64,000 nucleotides of DNA from an uncultured Alphaproteobacteria bacterium (GCA_963751535.1 CAVVUW010000001.1:167955-231954); one strand, 5' to 3'; positions 27,971 through 37,297 are shown, counted from the stretch's first letter. Notes: a model not told the origin generated them from the letters alone. Program-made: numbers and translations.

Positions 27971-28975
27971 ATGCGTCTGAAGTCGATTCTTGCTGTGCTC
28001 GCGGCCGCATTTGCCCTGCTTGGCGTTTCAAATGCAACGGCTGAGGAAATCCGTCTCGCCCGGCAGTTTTCCATGGGCTACCTCCAGCTCAACGTGATGG
28101 AGCATCAGCAGCTCATCGAGAAACACGCCAAAGCGCTAGGGCTCAACGACGTGAAGGTCTCTTGGTTCACCTTCAACGGGCCGACAGCGGTCAACGAGGC
28201 ATTGATCTCCGGCAATATCGACGTCGGATCGGGTGGCGTGCCCGGCCTGCTGGTCCTGTGGTCGCGCAGCAAAGGCACGCCGCAGGAAGTGCGCGGCATT
28301 TCCGCGCTGAGTTCGCAGCCGTTCCTGCTCAATAGTCGCGATCCAGCCATCAAGACCATCAAGGACTTCAAGGACACCGATCGGATTGCGGTGCCCGCCG
28401 TGCGTTCGTCGGTACAAGCGATCACGCTGCAGATGGCGGCGGCGAAAGCGTACGGCACCAAGGAATTTGCGAAGCTTGACCCGCTCACCGTGTCGATGAC
28501 ACCGCCGGACGCGACGGTCGCGCTACTCAAAGGCGGCGCACAGATCTCGGCTGCGTTCAGCGTGCCGCCGTTCCAGAACCAGCAACTCGATGACCCGGCG
28601 GTTCACACCGTGCTTAATTCATTTGACGTGATGGGTGGCTCGCACACTTTCACGGCCGTGTGGGCGCCGGCAAAATTTCGCGAAGGCAATCCGGTGCTCT
28701 ACAAGGCGCTCGTGGCTGCCCTTAAGGAGGCGACCGAGATCGTCAACAAAGACAAGGCGGCGGCGGCGGCCTTGTGGATCGAGGATTCAAAATCAAAATT
28801 GCCGCTCGAGATGGTCGGCAAGATCGTTGCCGGGCCGCAGGTACGCTGGACCATGACGCCGGAAAACACCATGAAATATGCGGACTTCATGGTCGACGTC
28901 GGTACGCTCAAGACAAAGCCGGAAACCTGGAAAGACTATTTCTTTCCGGAGATTCACAACGAGAAGGGTAGCTGA
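27971..28975 (+). CDS. NMT1/SsuA-like ABC transporter substrate-binding protein (orphan: no adjacent permease or ATPase gene)
   Basis: Signal peptide ...LGVSNATA followed by a type-2 PBP fold (EEIRLARQFSMGYLQLNVMEH...). Confidence 0.85.
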   Translation: MRLKSILAVLAAAFALLGVSNATAEEIRLARQFSMGYLQLNVMEHQQLIEKHAKALGLNDVKVSWFTFNGPTAVNEALISGNIDVGSGGVPGLLVLWSRSKGTPQEVRGISALSSQPFLLNSRDPAIKTIKDFKDTDRIAVPAVRSSVQAITLQMAAAKAYGTKEFAKLDPLTVSMTPPDATVALLKGGAQISAAFSVPPFQNQQLDDPAVHTVLNSFDVMGGSHTFTAVWAPAKFREGNPVLYKALVAALKEATEIVNKDKAAAAALWIEDSKSKLPLEMVGKIVAGPQVRWTMTPENTMKYADFMVDVGTLKTKPETWKDYFFPEIHNEKGS

Positions 28976-28992
28976 GCCCGCTTCGAGCGTAC

Positions 28993-29223
28993 TCAGTTCA
29001 TTCTTTTATTCTTCTGTTGCTGAATAGGCTGCGGCGCCCTGACGCCTTGAGCCGTTGGCGTTTGCGTACACCGCTGATCGCACGTGGTAACCGGACCGTG
29101 TGTACCATGGTAGACGTGGCAATTGACCGGCACGCATTTAGGAGCGGCGGCAGAAGCCGGCTTTGTGTGCGCAAAGACCGCAACACTGGCGAAGCCGAGC
29201 GCAATAACAAAAAGTCCGCGCAT
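28993..29223 (-). CDS. small secreted 4-Cys protein (76 aa)
   Basis: Signal peptide MRGLFVIALGFASVAVFA and RBS GGGAG. It has four Cys and a C-terminal QQKNKRMN tail shared with the 29645-29866 product. Confidence 0.6.
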   Translation of the reverse strand: MRGLFVIALGFASVAVFAHTKPASAAAPKCVPVNCHVYHGTHGPVTTCDQRCTQTPTAQGVRAPQPIQQQKNKRMN

Positions 29224-29250
29224 TTTGAATCTCCCAATATTTTGGTTGGC

Positions 29251-29541
29251 TTACTTGCTTGACTGCTTCACGCCCGGCCCGACAGTTTTTGTCTTTGCTG
29301 CATTGGTAACGGCGGCCTTTGGCGCGGCGACGACGTCGTGCTGAACTTTGGCAGCCTGATGGGCCGCCTGGCGGGCGTGCAGCTGGCACAGAGAATAGGT
29401 CTTGGTGCAGAGGCTTCGTGCAGCGGTGCCCGAGCCTTTCCTTATGCTGCAATCCTTGAATTCGTTGCGACAATCGGCTGAAGCTGATTGTACGCCGACG
29501 AACGACGCGAGAGCGAAGGCGACGACGAGACCTTTGTGCAT
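29251..29541 (-). CDS. small secreted 4-Cys protein (96 aa)
   Basis: Signal peptide MHKGLVVAFALASFVGVQSASA and RBS AGGAAA. The Cys pattern is C-x6-C-x13-C-x6-C, followed by an Ala/Lys-rich tail. Confidence 0.6.
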   Translation of the reverse strand: MHKGLVVAFALASFVGVQSASADCRNEFKDCSIRKGSGTAARSLCTKTYSLCQLHARQAAHQAAKVQHDVVAAPKAAVTNAAKTKTVGPGVKQSSK

Positions 29542-29644
29542 TTCAATTTCCTAACGTTCTGATGTTGTACGCCGGACGCGCGTTGCGATTTACCGAACGC
29601 AGCACGGCCTCTCCGTGAATCGGAAAGTGCTGATCTAGCTGCCG

Positions 29645-29866
29645 TCAGTTCATCTTCTTATTCTTCTGGACAGTCGTTGATGAACCAGCACTCCCCTTCT
29701 TGATGCACTCCTGATGTGCCGAGAAACATCGCGCTTTGCCATTATGCATTTCCGATTGGTCGCACACCGTTTTGCAGGTTTGGGCGGCAGAAACCGGCTG
29801 CACGCCGGCGATAGCGCCGAAGCTCACAAGCCCGATGGTGATGATAAAAGCTTTGCGCATTTTCAT
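29645..29866 (-). CDS. small secreted 4-Cys protein (73 aa), paralog of 28993-29223
   Basis: Internal start MKMRKAFIITIGLVSFGAIAGVQPVSA with RBS AAGGA. It has four Cys and a C-terminal QKNKKMN tail. The 3' DNA is nearly identical to the 3' end of 28993-29223. Confidence 0.6.
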   Translation of the reverse strand: MKMRKAFIITIGLVSFGAIAGVQPVSAAQTCKTVCDQSEMHNGKARCFSAHQECIKKGSAGSSTTVQKNKKMN

Positions 29867-30105
29867 TTTCCTTTGTTTTAGTTTTGTCGCGTTGCACCAA
29901 TCGTTGCGCAGCCTAAAATTGCGTACATGAACTGCGACTAAATAGCTCGTGCAAGATTCATGTGCGCGAGCGAGTTCAGAAAAATAATTTCGCATGCACT
30001 GCCGACAATGCGCATCACCCGATCGGGGGATGCATCCGTCGCATGTGCGATTGTGCTAGTTTTGTGCTGAATAAAGCGCGCGTGAGAAAGCTGATAGTAC
30101 GCGAG

Positions 30106-31005
30106 TCATCCGAACGGAGGATACGGCGCGCGACGCGCGAGTGGCGACTGCATCGTCAAACTTGCCCGGCATTCACCACTTTGTGTCGTCTGCTCGCCGA
30201 GACCTTCGATAGAGGCGGTGACAACATCTCCAGGCTGCAAATAAGTCGGCGGCTTCTGACCCAGACCGACGCCTGCCGGAGTGCCAGTCAGAATCACATC
30301 ACCCGCCTGCAAGCTCATGAACCGGCTGATGTAAGAGATCAGCTCACTGACGGAGAAGATCATGTCTCGCGTCGAACCGCTTTGCTTTGTCGCACCGTTG
30401 ACGCTCAGACGCATCGAAAGCTTCTGCGGATCGGCGATCTCATCTTGCGTTGCGAGAAACGGCCCGAGCGGTGCGAAGGTATCTGCGCTCTTGCCTTTGA
30501 AGCCCTGCCCGCCACGGTTGAATTGAAAATCGCGTTCGGAGAAATCAATGCCGACGCAATAACCAAGCACGTGGTCAAGCGCCTCGCGCTCATTGATATA
30601 GACGCCGGGTTTCCCGATCACCACCGCAAGCTCAACCTCCCAGTCGACGCTTTTTGCTTCGCGAGGCATGACGAGATCGTCAGTGGGCCCGCACAGCGCA
30701 CTGGTCGCCTTCAAAAAAAGCGTCGGCTCTTTCGGCAGAGGCAAGCCCGTTTCCTCGGCGTGATCGCGATAGTTCAGGCCGACGCCGATGATCTTGCCGA
30801 CGCCCCGTAGGGGAGGACCGAGATCGGCATTCTTCGGCGCTTTCGACAACGCCTTTGTTGGTATCGCCGCAATCGCTTCGATATCGGCAAGCGTCGGCGC
30901 GCGGGGATTGAGCGAAGAAAAACTGCCGGACAGGTCGAAGACCTCGCCGCCCAAAATGAGACCGGGCTCCTCGCCGGTTGCAGAACGATAACGGACAAGC
31001 TTCAT
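30106..31005 (-). CDS. fumarylacetoacetate hydrolase (FAH) family protein
   Basis: GVGLNYRDHAEE..., DWEVELAVVIG and GTPAGVG motifs. The start MKLVRYRS is at 31005. Confidence 0.9.
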   Translation of the reverse strand: MKLVRYRSATGEEPGLILGGEVFDLSGSFSSLNPRAPTLADIEAIAAIPTKALSKAPKNADLGPPLRGVGKIIGVGLNYRDHAEETGLPLPKEPTLFLKATSALCGPTDDLVMPREAKSVDWEVELAVVIGKPGVYINEREALDHVLGYCVGIDFSERDFQFNRGGQGFKGKSADTFAPLGPFLATQDEIADPQKLSMRLSVNGATKQSGSTRDMIFSVSELISYISRFMSLQAGDVILTGTPAGVGLGQKPPTYLQPGDVVTASIEGLGEQTTQSGECRASLTMQSPLARRAPYPPFG

Positions 31006-31074
31006 GGCCTGTACAATATCCGGGGTAGCTGCAAAACTGCCAGCCGATCGATAGTCCCCCAAGGAAACCCGCGT

Positions 31075-31980
31075 ATGAATTTTCCTAAGCCCGCCGTCGG
31101 CATGTTGCCCAACGACCGCCTCGATTATTCCCCGATTACCGAACGCAAACCGCTAAAGCTGCCCAAGGGGGCACGCATGGTGGTTTGGACCATCACAAAT
31201 GTCGAGGAATGGGATCCGACGCAGACCATGCCGCGTACTGTGCTCACGCCCCCGGCCGGTGGTTCACCGATGCCGGATATTCCGAACTGGTGCTGGCATG
31301 AGTATGGAAATCGCGTAGGCTTCTGGCGGTTGCTGCAAGTCTACGATGATTTCAAGATTCCTGGCGTGATGAACATCAACGGCGTCGCCGTAAAGGCGTA
31401 CCCGGACATCGTGAAGGCCTGCGTCGATCGCAATTGGGAGTTCATCGGCCACGGCTACACCCAACGCAATATGCAGAAGGTCGAGAATGAGCGCGCCGAC
31501 ATCCGCAAAAGCGCCGAAGTGCTGGAAGAGGCGACAGGCAAGCGCCCGCGCGGCTGGTTGGGGCCCGGGCTGACTGAAACCTGGGAGACGCCCGATATTC
31601 TTGCCGAAGAGGGCTATGACTACGTCGCGGATTGGGTGCTTGACGACCAACCGGTGTGGATGAAAACGCGCGGTAAGCCGATTTTGAACATCCCTTACAC
31701 GCAGGAATGCAACGACGTCGCCATGATGCTGATCCAGCACCACAAGGCTTCCGAGTTCTATGAGCGGGCGATGGATCAATTCGAGCAGATCTACAAAGAC
31801 GCGAAAGGCTCGGCGCGGGTGATGGCGATCTCGGTGCATCCCTACATCATGGGCGCGCCGCATCGAGCGAAGTACTTCCGCAATATCTACGAGAAGATCC
31901 GGAAGAAGCGCGACGTGCTGTTCTGGACGGGCTCGCAGATTGCGGACTGGTACAAGAAAGTCGGCCCGAAGCCGGCATAA
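31075..31980 (+). CDS. polysaccharide-deacetylase-fold (PuuE-like) hydrolase, paralog 2
   Basis: Shares WHEYGNRVGFWR, GWLGPGLTET, MMLIQHH and HPYIMGAPHR blocks with the other two paralogs. ATG 31102 is an alternative start. Confidence 0.88.
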   Translation: MNFPKPAVGMLPNDRLDYSPITERKPLKLPKGARMVVWTITNVEEWDPTQTMPRTVLTPPAGGSPMPDIPNWCWHEYGNRVGFWRLLQVYDDFKIPGVMNINGVAVKAYPDIVKACVDRNWEFIGHGYTQRNMQKVENERADIRKSAEVLEEATGKRPRGWLGPGLTETWETPDILAEEGYDYVADWVLDDQPVWMKTRGKPILNIPYTQECNDVAMMLIQHHKASEFYERAMDQFEQIYKDAKGSARVMAISVHPYIMGAPHRAKYFRNIYEKIRKKRDVLFWTGSQIADWYKKVGPKPA

Positions 31981-31985
31981 TTTCC

Positions 31986-32861
31986 ATGCCCATGCATCCC
32001 CGCGAACGACTGGCCTATTCGCCGATCGAAGGCCGTCCGCTGCTGAAATTCCCGAAAGGCGTGCGGTTGGTCATTTGGCCGGTGCTGGCACTCGAGGAAT
32101 GGGACATGTCGCGTCCTATGGCGCGCATGGTGATTTCGCCGCCGCAGGGCCAACCGATGCTGCCCGACCATCCGAACTGGAGCTGGCATGAATACGGCAT
32201 GCGCGTCGGCTTCTGGCGGCTGCAAAAGATGATGCTGAAGCTCGGCATTTCGCCGACGGTCACGCTCAATGGCAGAGTCTGCGAAACCTATCCGACGGTG
32301 GTGAAGGCCTGCACTGACAACGGCTGGGAGCTAAACGCACACGGCTACGACCAGGTGCCGATGCACAAGCTCGACGATCAACGTGCCGTCATCATGAAAT
32401 CGATGGACGTGATCGAGAAATTTTCCGGCAAGCGCCCGCGCGGCTGGTTCGGTCCGGGGCTGACGCAGACCTTCGACACGCTCGACTATCTGTCGGAGGC
32501 CGGCGTCGAATATATCGGCGATTGGGTGCTCGACGACGAACCGGTGACACTCAAAACGACCCACAAGTCAGTAGTGGCGCTGCCTTACAATTTCGAGATC
32601 CACGACATCGTCATGATGGCTTTGCAGCATCTTCCGTCAGATCAATGGCACAGTCGCGCCCTAGACCACTTCAGGACTCTTTACGAAGAGTCAGCCGAGC
32701 GACCTAAAGTCATGGCGATGGCTTGTCACCCCTATCTCTCCGGCGTGCCGCACCGTATCGGCCACGTCGAACGGACCTTCGCTGAGCTGCTCGCGCATGA
32801 CGGCGTGGTCGCCTGGGATGGCGCGAAGATCCTCGATTGGTATCTCGCCGCCCGCAAATAA
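31986..32861 (+). CDS. polysaccharide-deacetylase-fold (PuuE-like) hydrolase, paralog 3
   Basis: Contains WHEYGMRVGFWR, GWFGPGLTQT and HPYLSGVPHR. It starts 6 nt after paralog 2. Confidence 0.88.
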   Translation: MPMHPRERLAYSPIEGRPLLKFPKGVRLVIWPVLALEEWDMSRPMARMVISPPQGQPMLPDHPNWSWHEYGMRVGFWRLQKMMLKLGISPTVTLNGRVCETYPTVVKACTDNGWELNAHGYDQVPMHKLDDQRAVIMKSMDVIEKFSGKRPRGWFGPGLTQTFDTLDYLSEAGVEYIGDWVLDDEPVTLKTTHKSVVALPYNFEIHDIVMMALQHLPSDQWHSRALDHFRTLYEESAERPKVMAMACHPYLSGVPHRIGHVERTFAELLAHDGVVAWDGAKILDWYLAARK

Positions 32862-32875
32862 GAGACGCAGTGCAA

Positions 32876-34072
32876 ATGACCCCGAAGGCCTATCGCAGTT
32901 GCTTCGTTCCGCACGACATCGCGGCGCCGATCAAAGGAGCCAAGAGTGGCCCGCTCGCCGGATTGAACGCCGTGGTCAAGGACATGTACGACATCGCGGG
33001 CGAGCGCACCGGCTGCGGTAGTCCGGAATGGCTCGCGACCCACGCTCCGGCCACTCGCAATTGTCCGCCGGTGCAGAAGATCCTCGACGCCGGAGCAACC
33101 ATTACCGGCAAGACGGTCTGCGACGAATTTTTCTATAGCGTCAGCGGCGCAAACGCGCATTACGGCACGCCGGTGAATGCGCGCGCGCCGGGCCGCCTGC
33201 CCGGAGGCTCGTCGGCTGGTTCGGCCGCTGCCTGCGGAGCCGGTTTATGCGACTTCGCGCTTGGCAGCGATACCGGCGGCTCAGTACGCGTCCCGGCCTC
33301 CTTCAACGGAATCTACGGCCTGCGGCCGACGCACGAGCGTATCGAACATGCCGGCGTCGCCGACATGGCACCGACTTTCGACGTGCCGGGATGGTTCGCC
33401 GCAACCCCGGGTGTATTCCGTAAAGTCGGTCCAGTGCTGCTCGACAGTCGTGCCGTCGCCGCGAAAATCGAACGAGTGGTCGTGCTGGAAGATGCTTTCG
33501 CGCAGGCAGAAGAACCCGTTGCTGACTTGCTGCGAACGGTGCTCGAATTCATGAGCGACGACCTGCCAGAGATGGTGCACGGGCGGATCGCACCGGAGGG
33601 TTTCGATCCCTGGCGCGAAGCGTTCCGGATCGTGCAGGCCTATGAAACCTGGCGGTCATTCGGCGAATTTGTCATCGCCCAGAAACCGAAAATCGGCCCC
33701 GGCGTGCGCGAACGCATCGAATTCGCAGCCACAGTGACAATGTCCCAAGCAGACGCCGCCCGCAACGTGCAACTCAAGGCGCGTGAGCACATTCGACAGA
33801 TAGTGATTCCGGGCACAATTCTGGCGTTACCGACCGCGCCCAGCATCGCGCCGAGGGTCGAAATTTCGGGCACAGAACTGGAAGAATTCCGCGTGAGGGT
33901 CATGCGCCTGACCTGTACTTCCGGCGTCTCCGGCCTGCCGCAAATGAGCATCCCCGCAGGCACGATCAACGGATGCCCCATCGGCCTCTCCTTCATCGGC
34001 TGGGCGGGAGGCGACGAGGCGCTACTCGATCTTGCCTGTGAATTGGCGCGTCACTGCGGCATGGCGGCGTGA
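32876..34072 (+). CDS. amidase (amidase-signature family)
   Basis: AS signature GGSSAGSAAA...GSDTGGSVRVPASFNG. The ATG at 32876 is 15 nt after the preceding stop. Confidence 0.9.
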   Translation: MTPKAYRSCFVPHDIAAPIKGAKSGPLAGLNAVVKDMYDIAGERTGCGSPEWLATHAPATRNCPPVQKILDAGATITGKTVCDEFFYSVSGANAHYGTPVNARAPGRLPGGSSAGSAAACGAGLCDFALGSDTGGSVRVPASFNGIYGLRPTHERIEHAGVADMAPTFDVPGWFAATPGVFRKVGPVLLDSRAVAAKIERVVVLEDAFAQAEEPVADLLRTVLEFMSDDLPEMVHGRIAPEGFDPWREAFRIVQAYETWRSFGEFVIAQKPKIGPGVRERIEFAATVTMSQADAARNVQLKAREHIRQIVIPGTILALPTAPSIAPRVEISGTELEEFRVRVMRLTCTSGVSGLPQMSIPAGTINGCPIGLSFIGWAGGDEALLDLACELARHCGMAA

Positions 34073-34123
34073 GGGATTTTGTGCTTTGACATAGCGATCT
34101 AGCGTCAGCAGGCCGCAATCGAC

Positions 34124-34819
34124 ATGACGTCCAATCAACTTCTCGACAAGAAAACCATCGCCGAACTTACCGCGCGGATGTACCTCGACACGGGTGCAGT
34201 CCGCTTCATGAGCGACAAGCCATTCATCTTCACGAGCGGCTGGGCGAGCCCGGTCTACAACGATTCTCGCTGGCTGATGTCGTTTCCTGATGTGCGCTCG
34301 ACCTTGATGGGCTTTGCAGTTCACTCGATCGAACGCGATATCGGGCGCGAAAAGATCGATGCTGTCGCGGGCGGAGAGACTGCAGGAATACCCTTCGCAG
34401 CCTGGGTGGCCGATCGACTGCACCTGCCGATGCAATATGTGCGAAAGAAAGCGAAAGGATTTGGCCGCGGCGCACAGATTGAAGGCCAACTGCTTCCCGG
34501 CCAGCGCGTGCTTCTTGTCGAGGATCTTGCCACAGACGGCAAAAGCAAGGTCAACTTCATCAACGCGCTACGCGACGCCGGTGGCACCTGCGACCATTGT
34601 TTCGTTATTTTCTTCTACGACATCTACCCGCAGGGCAAGAAAATCCTCGGCGATCTGGGTGTCACGTTGCACGCACTAACGACCTGGAGAGACGTGCTGG
34701 CAGTCGCCAAAGCAAGTGGCAAATTCGAGCCGAAGATGCTGGGGGAGGTCGAGAAGTTCATCGGCGATCCGGCCGGTTGGTCGAAAACGCATGGCGGAGT
34801 AGCTGAAGCGGCGGAGTGA
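34124..34819 (+). CDS. pyrE: orotate phosphoribosyltransferase
   Basis: FIFTSGWASPVY and PRPP-binding VLLVEDLATDGKS are typical of the ~230-aa alphaproteobacterial PyrE. Confidence 0.88.
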   Translation: MTSNQLLDKKTIAELTARMYLDTGAVRFMSDKPFIFTSGWASPVYNDSRWLMSFPDVRSTLMGFAVHSIERDIGREKIDAVAGGETAGIPFAAWVADRLHLPMQYVRKKAKGFGRGAQIEGQLLPGQRVLLVEDLATDGKSKVNFINALRDAGGTCDHCFVIFFYDIYPQGKKILGDLGVTLHALTTWRDVLAVAKASGKFEPKMLGEVEKFIGDPAGWSKTHGGVAEAAE

Positions 34820-34843
34820 TTTTCACTTGCATGGGAGGCCCTC

Positions 34844-35323
34844 ATGGCAAAAGCAAAACGCAAGGCAAAGGCAGGCAGGGCAAAAGCAAGAAAGACAAAA
34901 AAGAAGCTCGTCGCCAAATCCACCGCGCGCGCCAAGATGCGTAAGCCGCAGCGGTTCACCGCAAGCCATCACCGCGATGAGGATTTCGACTACGGCCTGC
35001 GCCCCTATTCAGCCTATCGTGACCTCGGCATCGCCAAGGCGACCGCCGGAATGGTGCAGGCGCACGTCATCCGGATGACCAAGCCCTTCAATGCGGACGA
35101 AGTCGCGATTCCGCACTACCACGACGTCGACTTCCAGATGGTCTACGTGCTCAGGGGCTGGTTCAGCAGCGAATTCGAAGGACAGGGCGTCCATACATTC
35201 CACGCCGGTTCATGCTGGATCCAGCCGCCGAAGATCAAGCACACCGTTCGCGGTTATTCTGACGATTGTGAATTGCTCGAAATCGTTCTGCCGGCGGATT
35301 TTGAGACGGTGACCCTGAAGTAA
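34844..35323 (+). CDS. cupin-domain protein with a Lys/Ala-rich N-terminal extension
   Basis: Cupin core HYHDVDFQMVYVLRGW...HAGSCWIQPPKIKH. The ATG at 34844 has a strong GGGAGG RBS and encodes MAKAKRKAKAGRAKARKTKKKLVAKSTARAK before the cupin domain. Confidence 0.8.
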   Translation: MAKAKRKAKAGRAKARKTKKKLVAKSTARAKMRKPQRFTASHHRDEDFDYGLRPYSAYRDLGIAKATAGMVQAHVIRMTKPFNADEVAIPHYHDVDFQMVYVLRGWFSSEFEGQGVHTFHAGSCWIQPPKIKHTVRGYSDDCELLEIVLPADFETVTLK

Positions 35324-35325
35324 GC

Positions 35326-36381
35326 TCACATCATCCGCGCCAGTAGCAGGCCACCGGTCACGACGGCAAATATCACCGCAGACGCGCCGAGCGCCGTCGT
35401 AATGTGTCTCCAGCCGAGGCCGATAATGGTTTTCACCGACGTGCCTAAACCGAGCGCGCCGATGGCGAGTAGCAGACCCCAGGTGGAGACCTCCACCAAT
35501 ACATTTCTAACGGGGGCATAGACCGGAGCCACAGATGGCACCAGCGGTACGGCGCTATTCAGCAAGCAGAGCAACAGAAACACGATCGCAAAGACCGGCA
35601 CCGGCACATGCGCCTCGCCGTGCCGCATGCCAATGCGCGTGAAGTACCAGCCGACACCGAGGACCATCGGTAACAGCAGGAACACGCGGAACAGCTTGAC
35701 GATTACCGCGGTGTTGCCGACCCCACCCGACACTGCGTAACCGGCGCCCACGACCTGTGCGACATCGTGGATAGTTCCGCCGAGCATGACCCCGGTGGTC
35801 TGCGCATCGAAACCGAACAAAATGCACAACGGCGGATAGATCAGCATCGCCAAAGTTGCCAGTGCGTTGACGGCAACTACCACGAAGGCAATGTCCGCCT
35901 CCTTGCCCTTGTAGTCCGGAACAACCGTCGAGGTCGCAAGCGTGGCAGAGGCGCCGCACACCGCGGTACCTACCCCCACAAGCGCCCCGAATCCGGGCGT
36001 CTGCCCGCTCCAACGCGCGAAAGCAAACCCCGACACCACGGTGATCGCCATTGCAACGACAATCAGCATCGCAGTTTGCGCGCCGAGCGCCGCGATGTCC
36101 CCGAGACCGACGCGCAGCCCAAGCAGCGCTACCGCCCAACGCAGCAAGATCTTGACGCAAAACTGCATACCCGGCTGCACCGCGGGCCGCGCTGCCAACG
36201 GGTTAAGTGCTATCCCGACGACAAGCGCTATCACCATGCTGGGGATCGGTACGAAGTGCGCCACATAGGGCGCGGTGACATAACCGATGGCTGCGACAAC
36301 CGCGGAGAGCGCGATCCCGGGAGCAAGCGCGGCTGCCGCCGATACCGACGGGCGCAAAGCTTGCATATTATCTGCGCTCAC
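35326..36381 (-). CDS. YeiH/UPF0324-family membrane protein (family usually annotated as putative sulfate exporter)
   Basis: Polytopic membrane protein (...IALVVGIALNPL..., GGTIHDVAQVVGAGY). GTG at 36381 is preceded by AAGGAA, and ATG 36366 is an alternative. The ORF-track start at 36606 overlaps the upstream gene and is unlikely. Confidence 0.85.
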   Translation of the reverse strand: MSADNMQALRPSVSAAAALAPGIALSAVVAAIGYVTAPYVAHFVPIPSMVIALVVGIALNPLAARPAVQPGMQFCVKILLRWAVALLGLRVGLGDIAALGAQTAMLIVVAMAITVVSGFAFARWSGQTPGFGALVGVGTAVCGASATLATSTVVPDYKGKEADIAFVVVAVNALATLAMLIYPPLCILFGFDAQTTGVMLGGTIHDVAQVVGAGYAVSGGVGNTAVIVKLFRVFLLLPMVLGVGWYFTRIGMRHGEAHVPVPVFAIVFLLLCLLNSAVPLVPSVAPVYAPVRNVLVEVSTWGLLLAIGALGLGTSVKTIIGLGWRHITTALGASAVIFAVVTGGLLLARMM

Positions 36382-36391
36382 AGGCGATTCC

Positions 36392-37297
36392 TTATTGGCT
36401 CGCGACAAGCTTGTTGCCGGCACGGCTGGATTTGAGGCCCGCAGAAACCGCATCGGCAATTTGCGACGGCGTATCGAGGACAGTAACGCCAGCCGCTTCA
36501 AGCGCCTGGCGTTTGGAAGCGTAGCCGCCGGCATTTCCCGTGACGATTGCGCCGGCATGGCCCATTTTCTTGCCAGCAGGCGCGGCCGCCCCGGCAATGA
36601 AAGCAACGATCGGTTTTGTCATCTTCTTAGCGTAAATGGCCGCATCTTCTTCCATCGCGCCACCGATCTCGCCGACGACGACAACCGCGTCGGTGCCGCT
36701 ATCCCTGTCGAGCGCCTCGAGTGCATCGCGCGTCGTCGTGCCGAGCATCGGGTCGCCGCCAATTCCGATGAACGCTGACTGGCCAAGGCCAGCGCGCGTC
36801 AGGTTGAGACAGATCAGCGTACCGAGGCTGCCGCTGCGCGAGATCACGCCGACGCGCCCAGACCTGAATACGCTCGGCACGAATGCAGGCATGATGCCGA
36901 CGAAGCACTCGCCGGGCGTCACTAGGCCCGCAGTATTAGGGCCAACGATGCGTGTGCCGTGCCTCGCCGCTGCGGCATGCATTGCCATGACATCCTGGGC
37001 TGGAATGTGTTCGGTCAGAACAACCAGCAACTTGATACCCGCCTCACCCGCAGACACCGCAGCATCTTTGGCCATCGCCGGGGGAATGAACATGACCGCA
37101 ACATCGCCCCCGACCTTCGCAACCGCTTCGGCTGTGGTCGCAAATATCGGCACGCCGACATGCGTTTCGCCGGCCCGCTTCGGGTTGACCCCCGCGACCA
37201 CGTTGGTCCCGTAGGCAATCATCTTCTCGCTCCAGAAAGTGCCCTGCTTGCCCGTAATTCCGAGCACTACGACACGATCTTTCTTGCGAACGATCAT
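36392..37297 (-). CDS. succinyl-CoA-synthetase alpha-subunit-like protein (CoA-binding subunit of an ADP-forming acyl-CoA ligase)
   Basis: [10 protein letters not shown] (CoA/Rossmann), SRSGSLG, and the phosphohistidine loop [10 protein letters not shown]. The start overlaps the beta-like gene stop (ATGA). Confidence 0.9.
   Translation of the reverse strand: MIVRKKDRVVVLGITGKQGTFWSEKMIAYGTNVVAGVNPKRAGETHVGVPIFATTAEAVAKVGGDVAVMFIPPAMAKDAAVSAGEAGIKLLVVLTEHIPAQDVMAMHAAAARHGTRIVGPNTAGLVTPGECFVGIMPAFVPSVFRSGRVGVISRSGSLGTLICLNLTRAGLGQSAFIGIGGDPMLGTTTRDALEALDRDSGTDAVVVVGEIGGAMEEDAAIYAKKMTKPIVAFIAGAAAPAGKKMGHAGAIVTGNAGGYASKRQALEAAGVTVLDTPSQIADAVSAGLKSSRAGNKLVASQ

Noticed and set aside
34124-34819. 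pyrE as a functional member of the neighbouring amide-catabolism cluster
   Set aside because: Its sequence looks like the ordinary housekeeping alphaproteobacterial PyrE. It has its own intergenic gaps, so the adjacency is most simply coincidental.
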